Shown here one piece after another: positions 52,001 through 64,000 of a stretch of DNA of 64,000 nt. The position numbers and the translations under genes were made by a program. Source of the stretch: Camelus dromedarius (Eukaryota); contig NC_087437.1 in the NCBI RefSeq assembly GCF_036321535.1, forward strand, positions 6,634,001 to 6,698,000. Reading direction: 5' to 3'. Under the pieces are notes generated by a model, which did not search any database, was not told the origin of the DNA, and was given only the letters and a program-made list of their open reading frames with translations. Numbering within the stretch: the first letter of the stretch is position 1; the number at the start of each line of letters is the position of its first letter.

Positions 52001-54114
52001 AGGATGAGGCGTAAGCAACAAGGCAAAGAAACAAAGCCCGTCTCTGTCTCCAGCAGGTTTTGTTTTTCTTTGTTGTTCCTCCTTGTCCTGGTCCATCCTC
52101 CCTCCTCCACGGGCCCCACCGAGGATCCACGTCCACATGTTGTCTATTGAGATCTGTCTACTTGGACTGAGCCACACCTTTGGGCATCCAGGCCTCTCTT
52201 CCAACAAACTGTGTTGCTCATCCTCTCAAGCCCACAGCAGCAGCTCAATGATCTGAAAACAAAATTTTTTTTTTTTCCTGACAGGAGGTTAAATAAATTC
52301 GTTGCAGACAACCTTAGGTGCATTTTAAATGAGGTATTTTGGAGGCAAGACTTGATTTGCCTGTATCTTCGCAATTGACACTGTAAGTCATGGCGGGAAG
52401 CGGTTGGTGACAATTTGTACCAGGAGAAGTAGACCAGTGGTCTAAACCCTCACACTGTGCTCTGCCTCACTTGGGAATCTTCTAGAAAGATGAGAGCAGA
52501 AAAGGGGCACGTGGAGACACAAAACAGAGGCCCTGGCAGGGCTGACGTTGCCATGGACAGGAAAACAAATAGGGGATCCACTCCAGCCAGATTTGGGCTA
52601 GTCGGGATGAAACTCCGTGGACGTTTCAGGAAAGTGGAGGACACTTAGGTTTAGCCTCTGAAGTACAAACTGTGTAGCTGGAGCAGAGAGAAATATATTT
52701 TGGCAATTATAAAGGTTTTACATCAGCGTAGAGATGAAGATGGAACTCTGGTGATTTGTGACTCCATCACCAGCCCCTCAAGCTGTTTCTGGCCTCTTAT
52801 TTATAGCTTTCCCCGCGTTGTATATCTTGTAAATACAAAATGAACTAAGTAGTGCAAATGAAAAAGCAGCTTTCCGTATGGCCTGTTTACATCGCCTTGC
52901 TGGTCACCAGAGTAGAGAAAGACACAGGCTTCCGATCTGTAGATGCCGAACTACTCCTGGTGTCCACGGTGTGGAGGAGGGATATCCGTAGGCAGAGAGA
53001 GCTGGAGAGATGGAGAAAGACACTTGTGGCCTTTGAGTTTCCCAAATGAGGAAAATTCTGAAGGTTGGGGGTAATCATCTTTGGTTTCATAGTCCCGGAG
53101 AAACTTGGTGTTCCCTACAGATGTCTTCTGAAGCTTTCATGAGTCTCCATGACGACAGATACCTAAGGGGTAGGTGGAATTACTGGTCCCAAATCTTGGC
53201 ATTCCCGAGATCCACACCATCTCCATGGCTGAGTCACGGGTGGAGTGTGTTCATCTCGCCCTTGAGTTTGGGTGTGGCCAGTGGCACCAGGGCAGGAAGT
53301 GTGGTGTATCAACTCTGAGCCTAGGCCTGGGAGGGCCTTATCTGTTTTCATTTGCTTTCGTGTGCCTCTCCCATCACCACAAGAACATGACCTGGATAGC
53401 TCACTCGGGGGTCCAAGGAGAAAGAAAGACACCTAGAGCAGAGCAGAGCTGCTGAGATGCAGTGTATGAAGTTTATGAAGTTCACTATGCACATGACAGG
53501 AGTCCAGAAACACAAAGCAGAGCCCGTGTGGTGGTGTGACCTTAACCCTAAATCTCAGTGGTTGACCACAGCAGAGGTTTTCTAACCCTCACAAGGCCAC
53601 TGTGGGTTGGGCATCTTTCCTGGGTGGCTCTCTTCCAGGCAGGGACCCAAGGATTCCATCTTCAGGCTGCACAATTTCAACACACCGCTTCCACAGACCC
53701 TGCCAAAGGGGGATGGGGAAGTGGACGAGACACGCTAGCTTTTAACTTTCTAAGTCCTGCCCCCTTCCAAGAAGAGCAAATTGCCGTCTCCTCTTTGTGA
53801 TTCCACACTGCTTTGATCTGCATCTTGACAGCCAATATCAAAGTCCAAGTGCTTTACTTAATCAAATTTTAAAATGACTGCATTGGCCTTGGCTGTGGAC
53901 CTCTGTTACATCCACCAATTCAGCACCCACTTGCCTCCTTTCCTTTGGAGAACCTCCCTCTTCTGCCTTTGTCCAGGGCTTTGGAGGGGCTGACTGACTT
54001 CTCAGCTCCAGGGGAGCACAGGTGGCCAGTCAGCACATCCCAGCCCCTGGACACTGTGCTCAGTGCAGAGAGGAACAGGTGACTCCAGCTGATGGGACTC
54101 AAAGCTATGACCTT

Positions 54115-54612
54115 CTTTTTTCAGTTATTTTTTACTGAAATCTAGTTGATTTACAATGTTGTGTTAATTTCAAGTATACAGCATAGTGATTTAGTTATAT
54201 ATATATATATATGCTTTTTCATATTATTTTCCATTATAGGTTATTACAAGATATTGAATAGAGTTCCCTGTGCTGTACAGTAGATCCTTGTTGTTTATCT
54301 ATTTTATATCTAGTAGTTAGTATCTGCAAATCCCAAACTCCCGATTTATCCCTCCCCTTCCACTCTGCCTTTCCCCCTGGTAACCATAAGTTTGTTTTCT
54401 ATGTCTGTGATCCTGTTTCTGGTTTGTAAATAAGCTCATCTGTATAACTGTTTTCGATTCCACATAGAAGTGATAGCATGTGATATTTCTCTCTGTCTGA
54501 CATACTTCATTTAGTATGATCATCTCTAGGTCCATCCATGATGCTGCAAATGGCATTATTTCATTCCTTTTATGGCTGAGTAGTAGTCCATTTATATATA
54601 TACACACACACC
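54115..54612 (-). mobile_element. L1 3' end
   Basis: Reverse ORF contains NEIMPFAASWMDLEMIILNEV, followed by a typical 3'UTR. Confidence 0.9.
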
Positions 54613-57199
54613 TGGCTTGAACGAGGTGTATCAGTCTTCAACAAGACTCCTCAGAGTCTTTTAATGCTAATATGTACTGTGAGTCTCCAAGGGAGGTGGG
54701 GAGACACAGCAGGCAAGGTTTCTCAAACCCACTTGGCCTTGGAACCTCTTACTAGTTGACCCTCTCATGGGACAAGCATTTCATGGAACACACTTAGGGA
54801 AATGCTGACCTAGTGTTTTAGTTAGATTTCTCCAAAAATGTCTTTTTCTTTGTTTCAGGAATGTCCCATTTTTTCTATACTCTTCCTTAGTTCTCTTGTC
54901 CCTTTTGTGCTGAATAAATAAAGTCATAAGCTGAATGATAAAACAGTGATCAGTTGGCCAAAGAGAAGAGTGAATAGAGATACTAGTGTGTGGTGATAAA
55001 TGTTTGTAATGTGTTGAATTCACCTTTGCCACTTTTCTTTAACTGATAACGTGGAGGGGTGAAGGCAGTGTCTCCATTCTTCTCTAGGATTTTCCTTCTG
55101 ATTGGGACAGAAGAGGCTTAGTGGGGTCTTACATACAGAGAATGTCTTTTGGGAAAATGGTCCAATTTTTCGTTGTAAGAGCACACGTCAAAATAGATTC
55201 ACCTGTAGTCATTTGATGTTTACAGCCTACCGGTTTCTAGTTTGCTTTCAGAAACCTGGGGTGTATAACGTAGACTAGGCCCAAAGGTAGAATTTTCATG
55301 TATGCCGTGACCAAGAAGAATCAAGAGATAATCATTTGCTCATTTTTGCTTTTCCTCTCTCTCAAGTACAGCACATCATTAATGAATTAATGTTAGCAAA
55401 GATTCCCTTCCTCTCCTTTTTTGGTTTCCTTTTCATTGTGATTCAGATAAAACTTTTATGAAACGGAATTAGTGTGCTTCACACCTTGTAGCTAATTTTT
55501 AAAACACAGTCCCCTCTGGATTACTGTATCTCTGAATTAAATTAGGGGATCAGAATTAATGCCGCTGCTGTACCGTTCCTTTTCCTTTTTCTTTCTTTGG
55601 GCTGAAGCTTTGTCTCTCTAATGAAAAGAATATGATTTTTTTTTAAAGCCTGCTATTAATTTCATTTAGTCTAATAAGAGCGAACATAACCTACTTGTGG
55701 TTTCCTTGTCTTCATTCATAAAGGGATATCACGTCCGTGACAGGTACATGACCTCAGGTGACATGTAAATAACATACATCCTGCCTGTGATGCTTTAATT
55801 TGTTTTATATAAGATTTAATTCTGGAATTCTCCATTTATGGTATCAATTTGTTATTAGTCATTTTAGGGGTGCCACAAGTAAAGTAACTTAAAAGCAGAC
55901 TGGCTGATTTTTTAATGGGAGTTAAATAAGAAATGTATAGAATTTCTCTTTTATGGAGTACACATGTTTATAATACTTGGGACCCTTGTGTTACTTCTCC
56001 CTTACAAATTCTGACTTAGTCGTGGCACCAGCATCTGAATTCTTTTAGTAAGCTGTCCCTCTAGGTTTTACTGCTGCACACCCAATCGAGAAGCACTGGT
56101 GTAGAATGTTCTATTTGGAAATAACTTCTACTGTGAGAAGGCAGCCTCATTCACGGCTGACAGGACAAAAGGACAAAAGGATTTTTGTGGAAACCACACC
56201 GCGAGCCCTTGGGGATGCCAGCAGTAGGCAGAGATTACTTCCTTTTAGGTACACCCTTTTGCAACCCAAGCAAGTGGCCACTAGAGGATGCAGGCAGGGA
56301 CCTCATTGTTTTTAACGGAGCCACTGAAGAGTGTCACTCATACCCGGCCCCTCAGTTATGGCTTTTCTATGCTTGTCTAGAAAAAAATAGGTTCACATTG
56401 GCTGGATCAGAAACCATGAGGACCCCCTGGGAGTCCTAGCTTTTTTCTAATTCAGGGTAATTTTAGATTTGTTTGGGTTTAAATGTTCTAGTCTGCCTAC
56501 CCAGAATGTTGGGACATGAATGGTTGCAACTGGTCCAAATTTTCTCCTCACTCCTCTCCCTTCACCTACTCATATCTCCATCTTCTTTGTGATTGTGTAA
56601 AAACACAACGAGAAGGAATGGATAGCAGAGGCCGTGCATTTCAAAGGTTAGAGTTCTGACTGAATCGGGTCAGTTTCTCACATTCTTTGCCTGTCACCAC
56701 GGGATGTGAAAGTCAACATGAGTTTCTGTGTGCAGGTCCTGCTTTCATGGCAGTGACAGAATGTAATCTTGACAGACGGAAGTCTACAATGGTACGTCGA
56801 GAGAGGGGGATATGAGTGTCCTCTCTGGTGTTGAAATGTAACTTTATGAGCAACGACGAGCACTAAAGTTTCTCCCAGAACTTTCCTACTTTGTCCTGCT
56901 GAACAATTACTTCTAAACACATGTGGTTAAGAATAGCATGCTTCAGTGGGATTTAAGCATGACGTCCGCTCCTTCATTCCCACAAATGAGAAGCAGATGC
57001 CCATAATCTCTGGGTAATATTCGGGCTTTAATAACATTGCCATGCATTGGACCCATTAATTGATGCTGACAGTAATAAGAATAGCAATAATCATAGTAAA
57101 CTTTTATTGAGTGTTTACCATGTGCCAGCCACTAATGTTTCATGTGGATTACTTTATGTAATTCTCACAAATCCCTCGGTAGAAAGGTAATGAATGCTT

Positions 57200-57725
57200 T
57201 TTTATTTTAGGCCACCCAGAGTCTCTCTCCCTTCTTGTTAATTGTAGTACCCAGATTCTCATCCCCCTCCTCCCCTCAAGGATGTCCCCTACACTTCAGG
57301 GGACACAGATCCCACACCTATCCCCAGGATAAGCCCTGGCAGGCTCAAGCCAACCAGCAGATCCCAGCTGCAGTGATTAGTCAGGGATGATCATGTGACC
57401 TAGCTTGGACCAATTAGATCACAGGAGAAAATTCCAGAGGGATCCTGGGTCTTCTGCAAAAATGCCTGGAGAGACATTCTCTTTGTGTTAACTTTGAATG
57501 TGGAAGCGTGGACACTGCCAAGGGGAGTCAGCCTTGGTAGTAGTAGCATCAAAGAATTGGGGGATAAAAAAACAAAACAAGAAAGGAGAACTCTGTTGAT
57601 TTCACTGAGCAGCTAGATGAAGCCTCAATGAAAGTCTACTCGACTTTGAGTTTTTTCCCCCAACAGCTTACCTTCATCGTTTAAGTTGAATTGGGTTTTC
57701 TGGACTTGACAACCAAAGGATTCCT
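57200..57725 (+). mobile_element. Old MaLR LTR (MLT1J/K-like)
   Basis: cagtgattagtcagggatgatcatgtgacctagcttggaccaat...ttgggttttctg.acttgacaaccaaagga. Confidence 0.55.
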
Positions 57726-59853
57726 CTCAAGCTCTGAGAGTAAAATCTGCATGTTATGGATAAGGAAAGGGGCTGAGAGAGTTTGAATATTTTCCCAGTA
57801 TAATAGAAAAAAGTGAATGAGAGATTAGGGATTTGAATCCAGGTGGTTTGATTCCAAAATTAATGAATATACGTGACACCTTGAAAAGGTAGAAGACAAT
57901 GTTATTGTTAAGGATTGAGTCCTGGAAAATAATGGTTTCCTTCGATTTCTTACTCCTGATGGCATATGGATTTACCTTGTGAAGAATGTGTAAGAAATTA
58001 ATTTGAAGCCTCAGGCTGTGCACCCTTTGTTTGACATAACTTTCTATGTCTGGATTCTGGAGTGGTTCTAGGAGCCAAAACATCTTGCTGGAAAAGTCAT
58101 CCTAAGTCACCTTGTTATGAACTCATCACATGTCATAGTTAATATTAAGTTTTTGGAATAAGGTTGGATTTAAGTACATTGCCAAATCTGATTATGTTTT
58201 TTAATAACTTGGGAAGTTTATAAAAATATGCCTTCTTGAGCTTAAGAAGGGTCTGTTTCAGATGAGATCCCAGGTAATTATGATGCACAACTGGACTTGA
58301 AGCCTCTGATTTAAGTTTGTGACTCTCTAGATAAAGGGAAACCACATGCAGTTGTTACAAGACGTCCTGAACGAAGATTAAGCAGTTGATCAAAAACAAG
58401 ATCCAGAGAGGGGTAGATAATTTATACTTGACAAAAAATATGAAGACTTAGAAACCAAGGTACTAGTTGGAACAAAGACCATTTCAAAAGCATTAGTAGA
58501 AGTTAGAACAGTATGAGTTTTCCGTTCAGTTTTTTTCTTTCCTCCCCGCCTTCCCTCCCTTCCCTCCCTCTTCTCTCCCCCCTCCCCTCCATTCCTCTCA
58601 TCTTTTCTATTCTTCCCACTTAGATTAGGAAAGAAAAGAGAAACAAGGAGAGGCTTGGAAAAAAATACACATAAGCTCCTTCCCCTAATAACCTTTTACA
58701 GCAGTCAATTCGAAATTATCTTACAAAAGATGGGGGAGGCTAGTGCAAGAACTTCTGCTGTAAACCTTCACTAAAAACTTGACGCTCCCTAGAGCCAGTA
58801 ACAAACCCTAGGCAGTGGTTTTCAGATTTCAGTGTACATTAGAATCACCCGAGAAGGTTGTTAAAATTGCATATCCTGTCCTCATCCCGCATCTTCAGAA
58901 CCAGAATGACTGGGACAAGGGGAGTCTGTATTAAGTCTCCCCTCCACCTGCATCCCATTGTGGTGACTCTAACGCAGATCATCTAGGTGCCCTAGGAGTG
59001 GAGCCCAGCAGTGATTAATCGTTACTTAAATATCTAATTATGCCTCGCAGGGGTCATCAAATAATGTTTTAGATTTTGTATCATTTTAATTAGCACAACC
59101 AATAAAAAAATAATTATTTAAAATAACTTTAACAAATAGCTTAAGTTTTTTAAAAATTAAGAGTAACAGGATGGTTCAGAACAAGGCAGAATCTTCAGTG
59201 ATCCAGTGAGCTATACACTGTGGGATGCCTGACTGCTCAAGTCAGCAAGCTGTGGCTTGGGGGCGGTTTACCTGGATTGAAGAGAAGTCGGTGCCCAGAA
59301 GGAGAGACTTCTTAGAGTGTCAATCTGGCCAAATCTTCTCAAAGTGATGGTCAACCCTGAGGTCTTTGCCTAGCTTTTATGCACCACGAGAATCTCATTT
59401 TCTCTTAGCAGAGAGAAGAGGAGGAGTGTTCTTTGTAGCTACAGTACTGTATTTATTTTAGGCTGACTACAATAGATTTCTCATAAAATTCTGTGCAAAT
59501 TGCCAGAATGTTAGTTATTCCATCAGTAAGGATGAGCATAAGTAATAATACTGATGTAAATAATCATCCTGTAAACTCTTTACTGCCAAGGAGTTCAACA
59601 CGAGGTCATGCTTTCTGAACATCTGGCTGAATGACTGAATTGTGAATTATCAAGGTCTTGTGAAGAAGGCAAGAGCTGCCTGCTGTCTGTAGGATTCCTG
59701 CTTCTTTGTGAAGACATCGGAAAGAGTCAGTATGGATAGATGGGAAATTGACCTTCCAGTGCTAAAGGTCATCAGAAAACGACTTTCTTCAGCCCTGCTG
59801 GGGACAGGCGGCCATGAAGGGAACAGTCCTTGTTGCCAGGGTACCTGGCAGTT

Positions 59854-60292
59854 TGTGGTTGACTGCACAATGGGCCCAGCGTCCTCCCATCCCTGGGTGT
59901 ATAGCCTTTTGCAGTAGAACTGTCCCACTTTTCATACCAAGAGGTGGACTTTATCTTCCCAGCCCTTGAATCTGGTCTTGGCCACATGACTTGTTTCATC
60001 AGTGGGACATTAGTGACTATGATAGAAGGGAAGTCTTGAAAGGTGCTGGCCCCGCCTTGCTACCCTTCGGAGCCTTGTCATCCCCACGATGTGAAGAAGC
60101 CAGGGCTGGCCTCCTGGAGGGTGAGAGACCTCAGCTGACAGCCAGCAACCACTGAGCCTTCCCACTTCTGAACACAGCAGTCCACCCAGCCCCCAGTCAA
60201 CACTCAGACTTGTGAGCAATAAGAAAACGGTTCTTGTTCTAAGCCTCTAAGTTTCAGAATGTCTAGTTATATAGTGAAAACTGACTTATACA
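59854..60292 (+). mobile_element. MaLR LTR (MLT1H-like)
   Basis: gaggtggactttatcttcccagcccttgaatctggtcttggccacatgacttg...aactgacttataca. Confidence 0.75.
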
Positions 60293-60295
60293 GTG

Positions 60296-60627
60296 TGCTA
60301 TGGGCTGAATGTTTGTGTCCCCAAAACTAAGTTGAAATCCTAACCATCCCCACCCTCACAATTGATGGTAGATATTATTAGCAGTTGGGGCCTTTGGGAG
60401 GGGCTCTGGGATTCATGCCCTTATTCATGCTCCAGAGAGCGTCCGAGCCCCTTCACCATGTGGGGACACAGCAGGAACTCAGCGACCTGGCAGAGGCTCC
60501 TCTTCCCACCATGCTGGCCCCTTGACCTTGGACTTTCAGCCCCCCGAACTGTGAGAAACGCATCTGTGATGTTTATAAGCCCCCCAGTCTGTAGTATTTT
60601 GTTACAGCTCCCGAGCAGTCAAAGACA
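60296..60627 (+). mobile_element. MaLR LTR (MLT1A-like) abutting the previous LTR
   Basis: tgctatgggctgaatgtttgtgtcccc...caaagaca, with 5-bp TSD cagtg/cagag. Confidence 0.85.
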
Positions 60628-60769
60628 CAGAGCATTTCTCTTGGAAAGCACTTGGTACTTTCATTTTTAGGGAAGTGTCAGTTTCTCCTCTTATGCAAAA
60701 TTCTGTGAGGATGAGAAGAGTTTCTTGCCCACTGTAGCAAACACGCTTTACATTTCTCTCAGATTCTTT

Positions 60770-61295
60770 GGCCCAGCCTGCCTGCTGGACCCCAGATCAC
60801 TTGCTCTGCCTTAGCTGCACGGATCCCAGTGGTGCTGATGCCTGAGGCCGAGGGCTGCCCCATACTCTCTCCCTTCTCCCACCACTTGTGGGATCCAGTG
60901 AAGTGCCGTTCCCCATCTGGCTTCCTGAGCAGCCACTGAAGGGGCTAGATGATCCACCCAGAAATACAGGGGGCTTGTTTTCCTGGTGGAGCAGACTTTG
61001 AACACCAGAGAGGTAGGCAGGAGGAAGGTGAACAGATAAATCTCCCTTCTTCCCTCCCCCTGGAGGATGAGCTTACTGCAAAAGCTGTCCAAATACATCC
61101 CTTATCTTCTGGGCACCCAGCACTGTCTCTTTCCAGGCTTGTGTTGAGCTGTGGCCCATGCTGTTGTGTACCATCTGGGATCACTTCCGGTGCTCCCTAC
61201 CTCACTCCCTTTTTCCTTACTCTTCCCATCCTGGGACTGTACCTTCCAAAGAAAGCATCAACCTTCAATGTCAGGCTGTGTTTTAGGAAACTCAG
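60770..61295 (-). mobile_element. ERVL LTR (LTR16C-like)
   Basis: Degenerate LTR16-type sequence ending tcaggctgtgttttaggaaactcagacaaaga. Orientation is uncertain. Confidence 0.5.
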
Positions 61296-61823
61296 ACAAA
61301 GATCTTCATTCTGTACTCTTAGCATCATGTCTAGGATATCCACGTTCAGTATTCACGGTTGGAGTTCCTTGAAGGATTTTATCAGAAACGTGACAAAGTG
61401 TAGTGCAGAGTAGTAAACTCCCAGAGGCAAATCATGGCTCTACCGCAGTGGGAAAGCCTTCGTTCTGGTGCTGTTCCCTGTTGGCCATCTTGGGGCCATG
61501 ACTATGAATTAATTGTCCATTAGTGTACTTGCTTTTGTGTATGTGATTCACACATGGGTCAAAAATTCAAATAGCTAAGAAGGCAGAAGTCCTCCTCCCA
61601 CTTTTCCAAGCCCCTCAATTCCATGTCCCAGAGGAGAATCTCTTTATTGGTTTTCTTTTGTATCCTTATTGAGACTGACTGCGCATATGCATGCATACAA
61701 CACATCTTTCATTTTTTCATATTTATCATTATCTTTATTTACATAGTGTTTGGTGCCTTGCTTTTTTCACTTTACCACGTGTCCTGGAGATCATTAGATG
61801 TTTTCATAAGAGCTGCCTGGTCT

Positions 61824-62137
61824 ATTTTTCTGTTTGTTTTGTTTTTTTGTGGTTGTTTTGGGATGGGAGGTAATTAAGTTTACTTATTTATTTGATTTTC
61901 AGAGGGACCCAGGGATTGAACCCAGGACCTTGTGTATGCTAAGCATGTGCTCTACCACTGAGCTACACCCTCCCCTCTAAAAAGCTGCTTTCTTTTTTTG
62001 TTTGTTTGTTTGTTTTAGGGGAGGGTAGGTAATTAGGTTTATTTAATTTTATTTTTTAATGGAGGTACTGGGGATTGAACCCAGGACCTCATGCATGCTA
62101 AGCATATGCTCTACCACTGAGCTCTACCCTCCTCTTT
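61824..62137 (-). mobile_element. Two tandem Vic-1-like SINEs
   Basis: Heads end at ~61977 and ~62134, bracketed by tgcctggtct at 61814-61823 and 62138-62147. Confidence 0.9.
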
Positions 62138-62217
62138 TGCCTGGTCTTTCTAATGTCTGTACACTGTACGGTGGGAGCAGAGTTTATCTAGAGTGATGGG
62201 CATTTGTTTCCACTTTT

Positions 62218-62339
62218 AGAGGGGGAGGAAATTAGGTTTTTTGTTTATTTAAGTATTTTAATGGAGATACTGGGGATTGAACCCAGGACCTTGTGCATGC
62301 TGAGCACCTGCTCTGCCGCTGAGCTCTCCTCTCCTCCTC
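62218..62339 (-). mobile_element. Vic-1-like SINE
   Basis: 13-bp TSD tgtttccactttt at 62205-62217 and 62340-62352. Confidence 0.9.
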
Positions 62340-62579
62340 TGTTTCCACTTTTGATATTGCAAAAATGCTACAATATTTTAGACATACATCTCTGAGCAAC
62401 TGCTAAGTTCTTAGAAGTGGGACTGCTGAGGCAAAGGGGTTCATGTGCCTTTTACCTCTTGAAATTTTGAAATTGCCAAATTGACCTGTGTTTTCTTGCT
62501 GTTCGTGTAAGTTCTTGGCTCAGAGTGGCCGTCAGGACTTCATGGCACTAGGTGGACTCTACTGCATCTAAGAAGAGGG

Positions 62580-63330
62580 AGGTTTCGGCGGCAGGTGAGG
62601 GGAAATGTGAGCTTGGCGCGCCAGACAGGAGAGATGGGGACGGCGCTGGGAGGGAAGAAGGGAGGAAGTGACTGAAGCCAGGAGACGACTGGAGGTGTGC
62701 CAAAAGCAACACCCTTTCATCATCGCGGGGAAGCGAATTCTAGGAGGCATCCTGGGCACCGCTGTGATAAAAACCACAGAGGAGAAGGCGGCGATCTGCC
62801 TCGGGTGAAGCCGGTTCCAGGCAGTGCGGGGACTAATTAGGAGAGTAAAGAGACAAAGGCTCCCTCTCACATATGGAGTCGACCTTTAATTACTTTAAAT
62901 AGGTTAAAGATTCATTACAGATGATGATTTTTCTCCCTGGACATCCTCTGATGGCAGTAGATGCTTTCTCCTTCCCCTCCAAGGCGGACACCGTCAGAGC
63001 AGCCACAGTGGCTCGTAGACTGCGTGTCCCGAACCTCAGGGGACGTCCTTCCTGCCAGCGTGGCACCGCCAAGGCGGCCCTTTTCCGTACCTTTGGTTCT
63101 TCTTGCGGTTCGGGGTGCACGGCCGGACGCACGCGGCTGGGCGCTGGGCTTCGGAGACCTCGCCCTCAGTGCTTTGGTCATTTCTGCTGGGCAGAGGGGC
63201 AGATTTCTCTTCTCAAGCGAGGGCGGAGAAATAAGAACATGTTTTGGTGAATGCGAATTTCGTACCGCCAGAGCCGTCCTTTTGTTGGGTCTCCGTGGTT
63301 TTATCTACCTAGAGGAAAGCGTAGATGTGT
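62580..63330. promoter_or_regulatory. CpG-island-like region, candidate promoter or enhancer
   Basis: By eye the highest CpG density in the window (ggcgcgcc, cggccggacgcacgcgg, gagggcgga). No repeat recognised. Confidence 0.55.
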
Positions 63331-63497
63331 GGTAGCATTACATAGAAATTACATATTTTAATTGCTGAGGAAAGAGTAATGAGACTTAGGCTTCAATGAT
63401 TCAGATCGAGTTGATCAAATGCCCTTTTTAGAAGGCAAGACAGCATTTCCTCTCACTGAGACACTGTCACAGTTCGCCACAATATGTCCTTGGATAT

Positions 63498-63678
63498 ATA
63501 TTTTTTAATTTCTCTTTATTTGATGCAACCATTATCATGTACTTTACTTCTCTTTTGAATTATTTTTTATCTTGGGAATGGGGATTAGGTTTACTTATTT
63601 TATTTATTTATCAGAGGAGGTTCTGGGGATTGAACCCAGGACCTCATGCATGTTAAGCATGCGCTCTACCCTCCCCCC
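63498..63678 (-). mobile_element. Vic-1-like SINE with an internal deletion and extended tail
   Basis: 13-bp TSD tgtccttggatat at 63485-63497 and 63679-63691. Confidence 0.9.
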
Positions 63679-64000
63679 TGTCCTTGGATATTTATCATGG
63701 CAAATTTTTCCCTTGAGTGAGGCCCAGGAGTAGAATTGAGGAGGCAGGAATCGTGTGCTGGGGTAACCCTGGACTGTACTTGAAGCCAGCTCTCTGAGAT
63801 GGATATGTCACTACCTATTTGAACTTCCTGTCTGGAACAAGCGTATCTGTGTGTAGGATGGTGGTGTCCAGCTAGAAGCGCCTACCACAATTTTGTGTTC
63901 TCTGTCTTCCGAACGGAATGAAAATAATTCTCTCATATTTTGATGTCGTCTGGCTAGAATAGTCAGAATTATAACCCAGGATTTTCCATAACAGAAATAA

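Noticed and set aside
56679..56764. Imperfect inverted repeat (acattct..gtcac / gtgacagaatgt) as a pre-miRNA
   Set aside because: The stem is short and interrupted, and no mature miRNA was recognised.

Overview
Mammalian genomic DNA, most likely a camelid (alpaca or camel). This is inferred from eight copies of a tRNA-Ala-derived SINE resembling camelid Vic-1 and from cetartiodactyl-type L1 3' ends. I find no intact protein-coding gene. The ORF track is explained by chance ORFs and L1 ORF2 tails. The window is intergenic or intronic and dense in transposon relics (L1, L2, MIR, CR1, MaLR, ERVL and ERV1 solo LTRs, hAT MITEs). It also has several repeat-poor, CpG-retaining blocks that may be regulatory, and CpG-rich promoter-like patches near both ends. 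The best observation is an orphan, frameshifted copy of one MSR1 (SR-A) SRCR-domain exon at about 16.93-17.13 kb. It is joined exactly at the position of a MaLR LTR splice-donor-like site, which suggests a retrocopy of an LTR-spliced MSR1 transcript. A probable ancient Tc1/mariner transposase fossil lies at about 47.4 kb. Repeat family names come from recalled consensus sequences, not a database search. I see no convincing evidence of a new multi-gene system.
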